Shown in pieces: positions 12,718 through 26,039 of a DNA stretch of 64,000 bases. The DNA is from Octopus vulgaris (lineage: Eukaryota): NCBI GenBank assembly GCA_951406725.2, contig OX597815.1, positions 930,001-994,000 of the forward strand, written 5' to 3'. Numbering within the stretch: the stretch's first letter is position 1; the number at the start of each line of letters is the position of its first letter. The translations under genes were made by a program, and so were the position numbers. The notes beneath the pieces were generated by a model. That model made no database searches and was not told the DNA's origin. It saw nothing but the letters and a program-made list of their open reading frames with translations.

Positions 12718-13907
12718 GAGCCCAAACCAGTAATGTTCCTTATAACTTATTCCTTGTGAAAAATTAACCTTCTACATTTCTTCGTTGTTTGGATTTCAAA
12801 AACAATTACACTTTTTCTCCTTCTGCCTGTGTTAACTTAGTAAATGATATCAAATGAAAAATATAACTAATTCTTGTGTTCTTGCCTTGCTTTCCATCAT
12901 TGTACTGTGGCTATGTTGAGGGCGTTGTCATCAGATGGTTTGAGTGGGACATCTTGAACTTGGTAATTATTTCAATCCTCCTCCTCCTCCTCATCATCAT
13001 CATATGTTCATTTAGTACATGGTGGCATGAGTTAGATGGGTTGTCACATTGTGCTCTGTTGTTTGTGGTTACTGCTCTGCTAGATGGCTGCAAACTATGT
13101 CTTGAGTGTACTTTATCATGGCACCAACACTAGTGAGGTGCCTTGTTCCCTGAAAGACTTAAGATTTCTCTCTATCCTATATTGGCTTCATTCATTTAAA
13201 GCAACATGACTATGAGGGTGGAGAGAAAGAAAGATAAGGAAAGTGATAGGGACAAGAGGGTAATAGAGGAGTGAGTAATGGAAGAGAGAGACAGTGATCA
13301 GCAGCTGTATGATGGTTATTGGTAAGGGGATTAAATAGACAGACCTCCTTGAATTCTGTTCCAGTTCAGAAAAAGATGTTGGTTTCAAAAGATTTTATTG
13401 ATATGTTTCAGTGTGTCTGTACGTGGCCTCTACCTGGGATGTAGCCAGTCCACTTATGCATACCTTTCCTTCATGGGACACAAAACTCTACTTGTGAAGA
13501 CCTGTTGAGGCAAGTGAAAATCGAAATTGATCAACATCAATGGAAATTGCAGCTGTGATACCAGTGCCGGTGGTACGTAAGAGAACCATCCAAACGTGGC
13601 CGTTGCCAGCGCCGCCCCGACTGGCCTCCGTGCCGGTGGCACGTAAAAAGCACCATCCGATCGTGGCCGTTTGCCAGCCTCATCTGGCACGTAAAAAGCA
13701 CCCACTACGCTCACGGAGTGGTTGGCGTTAGGAAGGGCATCCAGCCGTAGAAACATTGCCAGATCAGACTGGGCTTGGTGCAGCCTTCTGGCTTCCCAGA
13801 CCCCAGTTGATCCGTCCAACCCATGCTAGCATGGAACGCGGACGTTAAATGATGATGATGATGATTCTGTGTGTGTGTGAGTGCATATAAGTATGTGTGT
13901 GCAGAGG

Positions 13908-13997
13908 AACATGCATGCCCCGCACCCACATGCATGCCCCACACCCACATGCATGCCCAGCACCCACAGGCATGCCCAGCACCCACAGGCATGCCCA
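13908..13997. repeat. Short 20-bp tandem repeat (ACATGCATGCCCAGCACCC-like) x4-5
   Basis: Read directly from the sequence. Confidence 0.85.
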
Positions 13998-16300
13998 TTG
14001 GTTTTTAAAAACGTTAGTCAAAAGTATTATTTAGGAATGTTGTTTTGACAGCAAAGCAGTTCCATGAGTTTGTGATGTTTATAATAATATAACCACAGGA
14101 TCCAGAGAAGTGGAGGAGGGGTGGAAGTTTGAGTTTGCAGCAACTGCTTTCACATGTGTTGTTCACAAAGGTTTTCAAACAGAAGGACAGATGTTAAATG
14201 ATGATGATGATGATGATGATCATCATAAAGAGAAGTGCAATGTTATTACTAGTTCAAATCTGCCAGTGGAAAGTTTGAATTTGTAAACAAGTCATTCACT
14301 GTGTTTTGTGATGGAGAGAATTTCTCGCTGTAGACAAATGGTGTAAATACACGTAGACCAGCTCACAGCACTTCCTCTTCACACTGTGAGATGCAAGCAT
14401 TTCAGAGTGGTTATCTCCTCTTCAGAGGTGCTGCAAGCTGATCAGAGAGACAGTCTCTCTTATGTTATTCCAGTTATTGTACATTGGCTGGTGGTGCAAA
14501 TCAGTGGCTCACTTTTAATTTATTTACAGTCAGTCATTTGTCTACAGTGAGAGATTTTCTTCGTGATTGAGAAGACCCAGCAAATTAAGTGAGATCACAG
14601 CCGTAGCCTATACCAGTGTCGCTTAACCAGCCCACTTAAAAAGTACCTTCTGAATCATCGGTCATCACGCTGTGCTTGAGGAGACCCATTGAGTCAAGTA
14701 AAATAAAAAATTAGATCAAATCACAATCAAAAATAGAAATTGTAGTTGTGGCTGATGCCAGTGCTGCCTGACTGGCTCCCCGTGCCAGTGGCACATAAAA
14801 AGCACCATCTGAACGTGGTCAATGCCAGTGCCACCTGACTGGCTCCCCATGCCAGTAGCACATAAAAAGCACCCACTACACTCTCGGAGTGATTGGCATC
14901 AGGAAGAGCATCCAGCTGTAGAAACATTGCCAGATAAGAGTGGATCCTGGTGCAGCCTCCTGGCTTGCCAGTCCCCAGTTGAACCGTCCAACTTATGCCT
15001 GCCTGGAAAACGGACGTTAAACGATGATGAGCATAAAACACAGTGAATAACTTATTTACTTGCCACTGAACTTGCCCCTGGCATATTCAAGCTGGTAATA
15101 GCATTGTATTTATACTCATCACTGCTTGGTGCTCCCACCTCGTAATAAAGAGAAGTGTTTTCTTCACACTTTCATATTTCAAAAAGTATTCAGGCAGTTT
15201 CTAGAGAAAGCCAGGCTCAGTTTGCTGGCTGGGGACTGGAAATGAGCAACTCTGAGTCCTGGAAATTGGAGCCTTTCAGTTGTATTTTATTTAAGAATAC
15301 TCTGTTTATGACCATCAAACATTGGGCCTCACTGAGGCAGTGACCAGTGACCAAGACCTTTGGAGATATGCTGTGCTTGAGAAGAGCTGACATGCCAAGT
15401 GTGACCATAACCCATGGCCATAACCACTTATGAGTACCCTTCATTCATTCATTGGACTATAAACTTTGCTTACGAAGACCTGTTTAGGCAAGTGACATCA
15501 AAATCAAAATCACTGACATGGCCAATGACAGTAGCGCCTGACTGGCACTTGTGCCAGTGGAATGTTAAAAGCACTATCCGAGTGTGACTGTTGCCAGGGC
15601 CACTGACTGGCTCCCGTGGCGGTGGCCTGTAAAAAGCACCATTCGATCATGATTGTTACCAGCGTTGCCTTACTGGTACATGTGCTGGTGGGACGTGAAA
15701 AGCAACATTCAAGCGTGGTTGTTGCCAGTGCCACCGGACTGGCTCCCATGCAAGTGGCACGTAAAAAGCACCTTTTGAACGTAGTCCTTACCAGTACCGC
15801 CTGACTGGTCCTCGTGCAGGTGGCACATAAAAAGCACCCACTACACTCTCAGAGTGGTTGGTGTTAGGAAGGGCATCCAGCTGTAGAAACTCTGCCTGAT
15901 CAGATTGGAGCCTGGTGCAGCCATCTGGCTCGCCAGTCCTCAGTCAAACCGTCCAACCCATGCCAGCATGGAAAGCAAACGTTAAACGACGACAATGATG
16001 ATGATGAAATTGAAGTGTACAGTATTATATTTCCATTGTGACTGATCTTGGTTTTGCGGTGGGGGGCTTCAACGGAGTGTCAGGTAACAGTCTGATTATG
16101 TAACTCTGTATTCTTCAATTATGGCAGTTATGGAATGAAAGAGAGTGACTGGTCTCTATTGTTGCAGGTGAACAGAAAGAAACCAATCAGGAAGATGAGC
16201 CGTAATGGATATAGAATAACTGTACGCTTCAATTAATTTACCCACTCTACGGTCAAATGAATGAGTGCATTTTTCCTGACTTTTGAATTCTTAGACAGTA

Positions 16301-16332
<32 letters not shown>

Positions 16333-16945
16333 AGAGGTCTGATTAATAAGTATTCGGGCAGTTGCCATAGTAACGAAGCTAAAGCACAGAGAGCAAAGCC
16401 GCTTGGCAAAGACTGACCTGGAATTCTGCCGTGCATTCACACTAAGTTTTAATGTTCTAGCTCACTTCCTCTGTTTACAACAGTGCTTGGAAGGAAGGTG
16501 TGTAGCGTGTGATTGTCCCATTGACCATGACAGAGAAGTCATGGTGATACCTGCTCAGAGGCCGATGCAAAGTTACAGAAAGTGTATGGAGAGGAGTGTA
16601 CGAGTGATTCAGACGTTTCCAAGATGCCTGAAGAAATGTCTTGGAAGACCTGCAACCAGCAGAACGGAGAAAAACACCAAAGGTGTGCATGCAGCTGAGG
16701 GGAAACTGTCGAATTACCATCCGTGGGTTATCAAAGGATGTGTAGAATAGTTATGGTTCAGTTTAGTCCATTATTGCTGGAGATTTGGGTACAAGATGCA
16801 TGTCTGCCGAGTTTGTACCCAAACTGCTTTCAGCTGACCAAAAAGACACTTGGGTTTCAGTTGCACAAAATCTCCTTACTTGTGTCGAGACAATGAAAAC
16901 TTTTTTGAAAACTTTGCGAAGGCCTCTGAACAGGTATCGCCAAAC
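16333..16945 (+). mobile_element. Degenerate mariner-family transposon relic (5' end and HTH region)
   Basis: Follows (TA)n with gaggtctgattaataagtattcgg. Fragmentary translations LQKVYGEEC, GRPATSRTEKN, YGSV*SII..DLG, SAEFVPKLLSADQK resemble the mariner N-terminus and WVPxxL linker. Confidence 0.75.
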
Positions 16946-17383
16946 TTTTGGCAAAATTTGAGCCCCCTCCCCTCTTGAAAGTCTTTAATTTTTGTCTTGC
17001 AAGGTACTTGGTGACCCTGTCAGTGCAGGTGCCACTTAAAAGCACCCAGTCCACACTGTGTTCAGAAAGCCATCCAGCTGTAAAAATCTTGCCAAAACAG
17101 TCTCAGAAGTCTGGTGCAGGTTTTTACCTGGCTGGCTCTTATGAAACCATCCCACCTATGCAAGCATTGAAGGCAGACTTTAAACAATGATTCTCTGGTC
17201 AATGTGACGATCACACCTTCCTTCCAAGCATTGCTGTAAACAGGGGAAGTGAGCTAGAACAATGAAACTTACTGTGCATGCAGAGCAGAGGCCAAGGTCA
17301 ATCTGTGCCAAGCAGCTTTACTCAGCATGCTTTAGCTTTGTTACTATGGCAACATTCTGGATACTTATTGATCAGAACATGTA

Positions 17384-17415
<32 letters not shown>

Positions 17416-17449
17416 ATATAAATATTTATAATAATAACAACAATAATAA

Positions 17450-17621
17450 AATAGTGTATAGTGCCCAGGTGCACTGCAACTCATCAAAGGTGCTTGTGCA
17501 GTACATAGAATTATGTACAAAAGTCAGGAAGGTGAACAGTGTAGGAGTCACGATAGACATGTGTGCATGTGTATGCAGTGGTGGTGGTAGTGGGGTATCA
17601 GGTGTATAAAAGACATATATA

Positions 17622-17663
<42 letters not shown>

Positions 17664-17900
17664 GAAATTGTTGTATACAGTGGTCAGGTGCACTACAAAA
17701 AAAAAAAAAAGGCATTAGGTGTACTGTTGGTGAATTTCAGGAAGCATGGAAATTTTGAAGGATCCAGTGTCCCAACTGCAAACAACTGATTCAGGTAATT
17801 TATTCCATATTTCATCAATTCTGAGTGTGAAAAAATGTTTTTGGAAAGTCTCGGGGTGCTGTGTTGTTTTTTGATTTTGTAAGCATGTCCGTGGCTGTTA
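17450..17900 (-). mobile_element. CR1/L2-group LINE 3' fragments interrupted by (TA)n
   Basis: Reverse-complement similarity to 62640-63135; translation H..YKIKKQHST..RLSKNIFS. Confidence 0.75.
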
Positions 17901-18455
17901 GGCATATGCAATTCAAAAAGGTGTCCAATGTTGTTAACTATTTATATGTATATATACATGCTTATAAAAACACATCTAAGAGTATATATACACATGTTAT
18001 ATATATTTTTATATTATTCAAAAATAATGGCAATGTAAATTTGTGTGGGTGTATTTTTATTAAAATGTTGTCTTTTTATGTCTGGAAAAGATTGTCACAT
18101 CCTTTATCGTCATCATCATCATCGTCTTCAGAATCATCACACAATGATCAAAATATGCTCCATCACAACCACCACCACCACTACTACCATTTCTATTGAT
18201 ATCCTCTCCCATTACCATCACCAGCAAATTATATCTGTCTATGGGTGTGTGTGTGTGTATATATATCGCTATGATAGATCGTTAGCCACTACACATATTT
18301 TTTTTCTCTCCTTGTTTTTTTCTGTGTCCCTTTCTGTAGAAGAGCGTAGACTCGAAACATAAAAGACTTTTTCTATTCCTGAGTGTTATACTAATACATC
18401 TGTTTGTTTTGTACACCACCTGTCTTCGTCTTTTGGTTTTTTCGTAAACTCTCCC

Positions 18456-18489
<34 letters not shown>

Positions 18490-18490
<1 letters not shown>

Positions 18491-18792
18491 GGATGGAAGC
18501 ACTCCGTCGGTTACGATGACAAGGGTTCCGGTTGATCCGAATCAACGGAACAGCCTGCTCGTGAAATTAACGTGTAAGTGGCTGAGCACTCCACAGACAT
18601 GTGTACCCTTAACGTAGTTCTCGGGATATTCAGCGTGACACAGAGAGCGACAAGGCAGCCCATTGAAATACAGGTACAACAGAAACAGGAAGTAAGAGTG
18701 AGAGAAAGTTGTGGTGAAATAGTACAGCAGGGATCGCCACCACCCCCTGCTGGAGCCTCGTGGAGCTTTTTTAGGTGTTTTTGCTCAATAAG
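18490..18792 (-). mobile_element. SINE (second family). Related pieces at 825-990, 24565-24660, 59860-60150
   Basis: Recurrent ccgtcggttacga..gttgatccgatcaacggaacagc..gtggctgagcactccacagac motif; tRNA-like head visible at 905-990 and 59860-59900. Confidence 0.7.
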
Positions 18793-19329
18793 TACCTTGC
18801 AAGACAAAAGAAAAATGTTTTGAGAGGGGAAGGGGCATTGGAAGAGGTGAGCTTGTGTCAGATGATGAAAGGTTAGGGTGAGACGGAAAAAGGTGTTGCT
18901 GTAGAGCAGGTACAAAGTTATCTGGCCAGGATGATATATATATATATATATATATATATGCATGCATGGATGCACAATGGCCCAGTGGTTAGGGCAGCGG
19001 TCACATTGATAACGTAATATATATATACATACATATATATATATATATATGCATGCTTTTGTCACTTGCGAAAAATCAAAACAGATAGTGTGTATGAAGG
19101 GGAAAGGTGTGAGGCTACTAAGCAGTATAGTTACATGGCAGCAGTAGTTATAGTGTCCCTGTTCCTACCAGAGTCGTTGGCTGACCCAGTTTGTAAGCAT
19201 TGAAAAAAAAAGTGGTTTCAGGTCAGACAAATATTTCAGCTACAAATATCATTCTGCGTAATTTAATATTACCTCATTGACACACACACACACACTCTCT
19301 CTCTCTCTCTCTCACACACACACGTATAT

Positions 19330-22070
19330 ATCATCATCATCATCATCATCATTTAACATTCGCTTTCCATGCTAGCATGGGTTGGATGATTTGACTGAGG
19401 ACTGGCGAACCAGATGGCTGCACCAGGCCCAGTCTAATCTGGCAGAGTTTCTACAGCTTGATGCCCTTCCTAATGCCAACCACTCCGAGAGTGTAGTGGG
19501 TGCTTTTATGTGCCAGTCAGGCGGGACTGGCAATGGCCATGCTCAAATGATGTTTTTTACGTGCCACTGGCACAGGAGCCAGTCCAGTGGTACTGACAAC
19601 GACCTCGCTCAAATGTCTTTTCATGTGCCACCGGCATGGAAGCCAGTCAGCTGCTCTGACAACGATCACACTCAGATGGTGCTCTTAGCGCTCTACTGGC
19701 ATTGGTGCCAGTCATTGAATCTGATTCAATTTCAATTTCACTTGCTTCAACAGGTCTCCGCAAGCAGAGTTTAGTGTCCAATGAAGTAAAGATATGCATA
19801 AGTGGGCTGGTTACACCCCTAGTATAGGCCATGAAGTTATGGTCTCACTTGGCTTGCCGGGTCTTCTTAAGCACAGCATATTTTCAATGGTCTCGGTCAC
19901 TAGTCATTGCCTCAGTAAGGCCTAATGTTCGAAGGTTGTGCTTCACCACTTCATCCCAGGTCTTCCTGGGTCTACCTCAACTGCTAGGCTGTGACACTTT
20001 TCCACACAGCTGTCCTCAGCCATTCTTGCCACATGACCATACCAGCGCAGTCGTCTCTCTTGCACACCACATCTGATGCTTCTTAGGTCCAACTTTTCTC
20101 TCAAGGTACTTACACTCTGTCAATTATGAACACTGACATTACACATCCATCGGAGCATACTAGCTTCATTCCTTGTGAGCTTACGCATGTCCTCAGCTAC
20201 CACGGCCCATGTTTCACTGCCATGTAGCATGGCTGTTCATACACATGCGTCATACAGTCTACCTTTTACTCTGAGTGAGAGGCCCTTCGTCACCAGTAGA
20301 GGTAAGAGCTCTCTGAACTTTGCCCAGGCTATTCTTATTCTAGCAGCTACACTTCCATCGCACCCTCCCCCACTACTGACTTGGTCACCTAGGTAACAGA
20401 AGCTATCAAGTTTTTCTCCTTGAAATGTGGCAGAAGTTGTTCTCTGCACATTTTCAGTGTTTATTGCTCCTGAGCATCTGCCACATACAAAAACTATTTT
20501 CCTAGTTAGCCTTCCTTTGACATTGCTGCACCTCTTATGTGTCCATAGCTTACACTGGGTACATCTTATAGAGTTTCTACCTACGCCTTTTCTACAGATC
20601 GATCAGGGCCATCTACCTGAAGGGATTTGTGGTTTGTCTGCCTTCCTACTTATTAGGACTTTGGCTTTAGCTAGGTTGACTCTAAGGCCCTTCGATTCTA
20701 ACCCTTGCTTCCACACCTGAAACTTCTCCTCTAGTTCTGATAGTGACTCAGCAATTAGAGCAAGGTCATCAGCATAGAGGAGCTCCCAGGGGCATCCTGT
20801 CTTGAATTCCTCTGTTATTACCTGGAGAACTATGATAAATAGGAGGGGGCTGAGGATTGAACCTTGGTTGACCCCTACCTACGGAATTCTTCACTGTACT
20901 TGTTGCCAACCCTCACCTTACAGACAACGTCCCTGTACATGGCTTGCACAGCTCTCACTAACCATTCATCTATCCCTAGTTTCTTTATTGACCACCAGAT
21001 AAGGGATCAGGGGACCCTATCAAAGGCTTTCTCCATGTCAACAAAAGCCAGGTACAGAGGTTTATCTTTGGCTAGGTATTTCTCCTGCAGCTGTCTTACC
21101 AAAAATATAGCATCAACAGTGCTTTTCCTTGGCATGAACCCAAACTACTTCTCATCTAAAGTGACTCTCTCCCTAATTAGTTGGGCTATGACCCTCTCCG
21201 TGACCTTCATTACCTCATCCAGCAACTTGATACCTCTGTAATTATTTGTATCTAAAGCATCACCTTTACCTTTGTAGCAGTTGACTATGGTGCTGCTACA
21301 CCAGTCATTGGGTATGACTCCTTCATGTATCACCTGGTTAACTATATGGGTGACTAGGTTATAGCCGACACTGCCAGATATTTTGAGCATCTCTGCGGTG
21401 ATTCCTGATGGACCGGGAGCTTTCCCTGTCTTCATACTCTTAATTGCTTTATCTACCAAAGTACTGTCAACTCGGGTAGCAGGTCCCGCTGTTGGATTGA
21501 CATTCAGCAGACTCTCTTTCTCTCATTCATTTTCTTTGTTGAGCAACCTTTCATAGTGGCGTCTCCAAACCTCTCGTTTAGTGCAAGTGAGCCATCATCC
21601 ATGCGGACACATTTCTCTCCTACGACATCACGATTCTCTCTCACACACTGTCCTGCAACACGAAATACCTCAAATCTTTGTTTCTCACAATGCAGAACAT
21701 TGGCAAATTTTTTCTTATCTGCTTCCCCTCTGGCTAAATACACCTGCCTCCTAGCTTCCCTTCTGGCAGTCTGATACAATTCCCTGCTACCACTGTTCTT
21801 CCAGTACTTCCAAGCCTGTTTCTTTTCTCTAATAGCCCTGTCAACAACATTGTTCCACCACCATGTTATTTTGGGTCAAGAGGGGACTTTGCACCATCCA
21901 CAGATCTGGTCAGTGGCCCTCAGCAGGTTGTCCTGTAGAAACCGCCAGTTGTCTTCCACATCTTGTGAAGCTATATCCCCGTCTATTTTGTCAAAGGCTT
22001 CGAGTAATATGTCTCTAAATCTCTGTCCAATTCACAGGATCTTTAAGCTACCAGACCCTTCTCCTCCATG
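19330..22070 (-). mobile_element. 5'-truncated, degenerate RTE-clade LINE (RT pseudogene + 3' tail)
   Basis: KAIKSMKTGKAPGPSGITAEMLK, YKGKGDALDTNNYRGIKLL, FVDMEKAFD, QGSILSPLLFIIV, LLYADDLAL, FCYLGD, RIRIAWAKFRELLPLL. Has stops and frameshifts; ends in the (GAT)n tail at ~19330. Confidence 0.92.
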
Positions 22071-22076
22071 CTGATA

Positions 22077-22867
22077 TCTCTCTATATATAAACGGCAGTT
22101 TGTCTGTCTGTGTGTCTGTCAGGTTGTACCCTCACCCTGACCACGGCTTTCAACCGATTCTGATGAAACTTGACACACACATAGCCCAATGTCATAATTC
22201 AAAACTAACGAAGCGAAAATTTTGAAAAGTTCCCCCAGTTCTGAAAAAAAATCGATAAATTCAACATGGGTCGAGAATCTAAGCTTTTTATATGCAACAC
22301 ATTTTCTACAGGGGACGCAACTCGATCTTTTTAACTCTCGGAACACGTGGGGTAAGTATCCCAAAATTTATAAAAATGTACAAGAACGGCAAAAAAGCGG
22401 GCAGCAATGTGAGTGACAACAACGAAAAAGTCAAAAGTGACCAAACTGAACAAACGAATGGAAAAGGTTTTTTGATGCACACGACAAAAGCGGTTTATAA
22501 TAAACCAAGAGTTTGCAAGTAGTCTCCGAGGACCCTTAGGGTACGTCAAAAATTTAAGGTAAAACGTTTGGGGTGGTAGTTATAAAGAAAGTGTAAACAA
22601 AAAAAGTGTTCGAATAACTTGAGGCTGCAGCAGCTATTAGCAGAAGTGGCGGTGTTGGGGGTAAAGTCTCGAATATAATTTCTTCCTGGTAGGAATTGGT
22701 TGGGTTGAATTATCGATAGCTGTTTGATAGCTATTTGGGAGTGAAGAGAAGACATTGCAACCTACACATGCGCCTTCGTTCCCTAGAGGGAAAGGACTAG
22801 ATTGGGATTAGTCGTTGCCTACTAGGGGCTTTTACATACCCGGGCAACGCTGGGCTATATATGCTAG
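22077..22867 (+). mobile_element. Non-autonomous Helitron
   Basis: A|TC 5' end (tctctctatatata) followed by (GTCT)n; 3' hairpin cccgggcaacgctggg at 22839-22854; terminal CTAG|T; no TSD. Confidence 0.8.
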
Positions 22868-25416
22868 TATATATATATATATATATATATAATTTTAATC
22901 CAAACGGGAAACAAAAAAACAACAACAATGGAACAATTACAGTATTATTATTAATAGGCGCTCAGGAAATGGAAGCAGGACACACTCACATACATATATA
23001 TAGGAGTGGTGAGTACGTGTCTACATGCTTGTGTTTTTAATTAACTTCTAAGCACAATACAGCCTCTATTAGAAAACTTGACCTATTTCTAAAATTGTTA
23101 CACTCTGGTGTTCGGTGTCCCACTGTAAAGTTTTTAAACAGGTCTCACAGCATATTGCGACACTCTTTGTACGCAGAAGAATAAAAGTACAACAGCAAAA
23201 GGTTTTGAAACTGCTCTTTAACCTCATCTTTATTTTTTTTATATCTTGTTTCACTTACCTGACTGTGGCCATGCTGGGGCACTGCCTTCAAGGGTTTCAC
23301 TTAAACAAATCAATATCGAGGCTATTTTTTATTGACCTCTTTTGCCAAACCACTAAGTTAAAAGGCTGTATGTACACTAAGACTGGTTGTTGAGTGGTGG
23401 TGGACAAACACCGATGCAAAGACACACACATGGCAGGATTCATTCAGTTTCCATCTAATAAATCCACTCACAAGCTTTGAATTGGCCTGGGGCTACAGTA
23501 GAAGACACTTGCCCAGCTTGTCATGCAGTGGGACTGAACCTGGAACCATCTAGTTGGGAAGCAAACTTCTTACCACACATAGTATGTAGATTATTCTAGT
23601 TGTTGTAGCCAAATTGTACCTCGGTCAAACAAACAACTTGACCTTGATGGTCAACAGACAGTGGAATATATCAGGACAGTCTCCTGATATAGTGTACTAA
23701 GGGAATAGTTTAGAGTTTCACAGCAAAAGAAAATCCCTTAAAAACTCTAGTTTAACTTCTTTGTACGTTCTTTAGTTTATTTGGTGTTAAGAGACAAGAT
23801 TGGTCTGGTTCCAGTGAAGGAGACTCTCGAGATCTCTGTTCATGGAATTGGGGTAGAATTTGTGTGCAGTGTCAGGGTGGCATAAGGTTAATGCATGGTT
23901 GAAGAAGAGGAGTGAGGAATGAAGTTGCTATTCATTTGCACAGGGGTGGGCATTGTTGGATCTGGTGGGAAGTAGAGTCTATAATCCCTGTAATGTCAGC
24001 CGAGTAATTTTCAAGCTTTAAATATGAAAACACTGAAGAAAACATATTTATCAAAGAGTGAAACCTTGAGCAAGTGTCTTCTTCTATAGCCCCAGGCTGA
24101 CTAAAGCCTTGTCAGTGGATTTGCTAGATGGAAACTGAAAGAAGCCTCTCTCTCACGTGTCTGTGTTTCTCCACCACTGCATAACAACTGATGTTGGTGT
24201 GTTTGCATCCCTGTAACTTAGCAGTTCAGCAAAAGAGACTGATAAAGTATCAGGCTTTAAAAAAATAAGTATTGGGGGTGATTCATTTGGTTAAAAACTT
24301 CTTCAAGGTGGTGCCCCAGCATGGCCACATTCTTGATGATTGAAACAAGTAAAAGATGCATCGTTGTTTTGATGTGCATTTTTTCCTGTTTGCACGAGTC
24401 GGGTGGAGTTTATTCGAGGCAGATTTGTCCCTGGCTGGATGTCCTTGCTTTCTCCAACATCCTCATTCTGCTCCATGGCCAGACACAGTCTCGGATATTA
24501 TTGGAGATGAATGATGCAGCTTTCAGGACTGTGACGCTCGGTTTACTATCGTCACATGTTGACTGGCGCTCCGTCGGTTATGACAATGAAGTTTCCAGTT
24601 GATCGGATCAACAGAATAGCTGTGACGTTAGCATGCAAGTGGCTGAGTACTCCATAGACATGGCTATGATAACGATTTCACGGGTGCCACTTACATGATA
24701 CCAGCAATGGTAATGACTACCATTTCACTTGGCTTGATGAGTCTTCTCAAGTACAGTAAATTGCCAAAGGGCTTGGTCATTAGTCATTGCTTCTGTGAGC
24801 CCCAACATTTGAAGATCATGCTTCACATATATGTGTATATATGTATGTATATGTATGAATATATTATGTGGTTGAAATTTACAGAAAAACAAAAGACGAA
24901 GACAGATGTCAGAAAAGTTCAAAAGTCCTGGTGTATGGGAGCGATTTTTTTCATCAACAGAAGATGTGTATATGTATGTGTATATATCATCATCATTTAA
25001 CATCTGTTGTCCATACCTTCGAAACATGGAGTAGTCGAAGCCGGGGCAGCTGAAGAAGGGGAATGTTCCTTGTGTTGTATGTCCTGTACTCTGTTTTTTC
25101 ATTGTTTGAAAAAGTCCATTTCCATGGTTTTCTTTATATGTTTTCGTTTCTCATTGTGTTCAACGTTTGTTTTTGGTGTTCTGTACCTATATACGCATGT
25201 ATATATACATATAGATGTATGTATGTATGCATATGTTTTATTTATTTATTTGTTATATATGTGTATGTAGGAGGGCATCCAGCTCTAGAAACCTCACCAA
25301 AATAGACAGGGATCTTGAACAGCCCTTCAGCTGGTCAGCTCATGTTGAACCATCCAACCCATGCCAGCATGGAAAACGGATGTCAAATGATGATGATGTG
25401 GTGTCTCCCAAAAATG

Positions 25417-26020
25417 TACAGACTTATTAAATGATTCTTTTATTAATTTACATTTCCTTTCCAAAATTTAATAGAATCTACAGAAAGAGTTTCATTTTTG
25501 CATGAATGTTGTTTCCAAAGTAATGACTGTTCTGGCCCAGGAACTGCTGATAATACGAAGCAATGGAATCCCCAATGTTGAAAGGTATTTTATCCTGTAT
25601 TTGTGTGCATTCACATTCAGTGCTTGACATCAATTCCTCAAATGTTGCCTGCTTTGTACTGTAAACACCATCTTTTAAGTATTCCCATAAAAAAATTTTT
25701 TAAAAATCTCGTGGGGTGAAGAAGACAAATGAATATGGAAGGTTTTATACTGAACGTCTTCTGTCTGGCAAAATCTCTTCAAGGCCAGCCCTTACATGAT
25801 TATAGTTGTGTGGTGGTGCCCCATCTTGCAAATAAAACTCCACGTCTTCAAATTCCTCTTGGATGCTTGTCAAAACAATTTTAAATGGAACCAGTTGCAG
25901 TCAACAAAGAATGCTCTTGTCAGTCCTTTTGATGGCAAGCTGCACCATACTGCAACTCCTGACAAATTAACATGATAATCCTTTTTATAATACACAGATT
26001 TCCAGGCTCCCACTGGATGC
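25417..26020 (-). pseudogene. Tc1/mariner superfamily transposase relic, C-terminal part
   Basis: Minus-strand fragments GVAVWCSLPSKGL, FYLQDGAPPH, LWEYLKDGVYSTKQATFEEL. Confidence 0.75.
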
Positions 26021-26039
26021 AATTCATCAATCAAGCAGC

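Noticed and set aside
18325-18370. Hammerhead-like ctgtagaagagcgtagactcgaaacat
   Set aside because: The core CUGANGA box is not intact, so it cannot be supported as a ribozyme. Probably part of a dispersed repeat.
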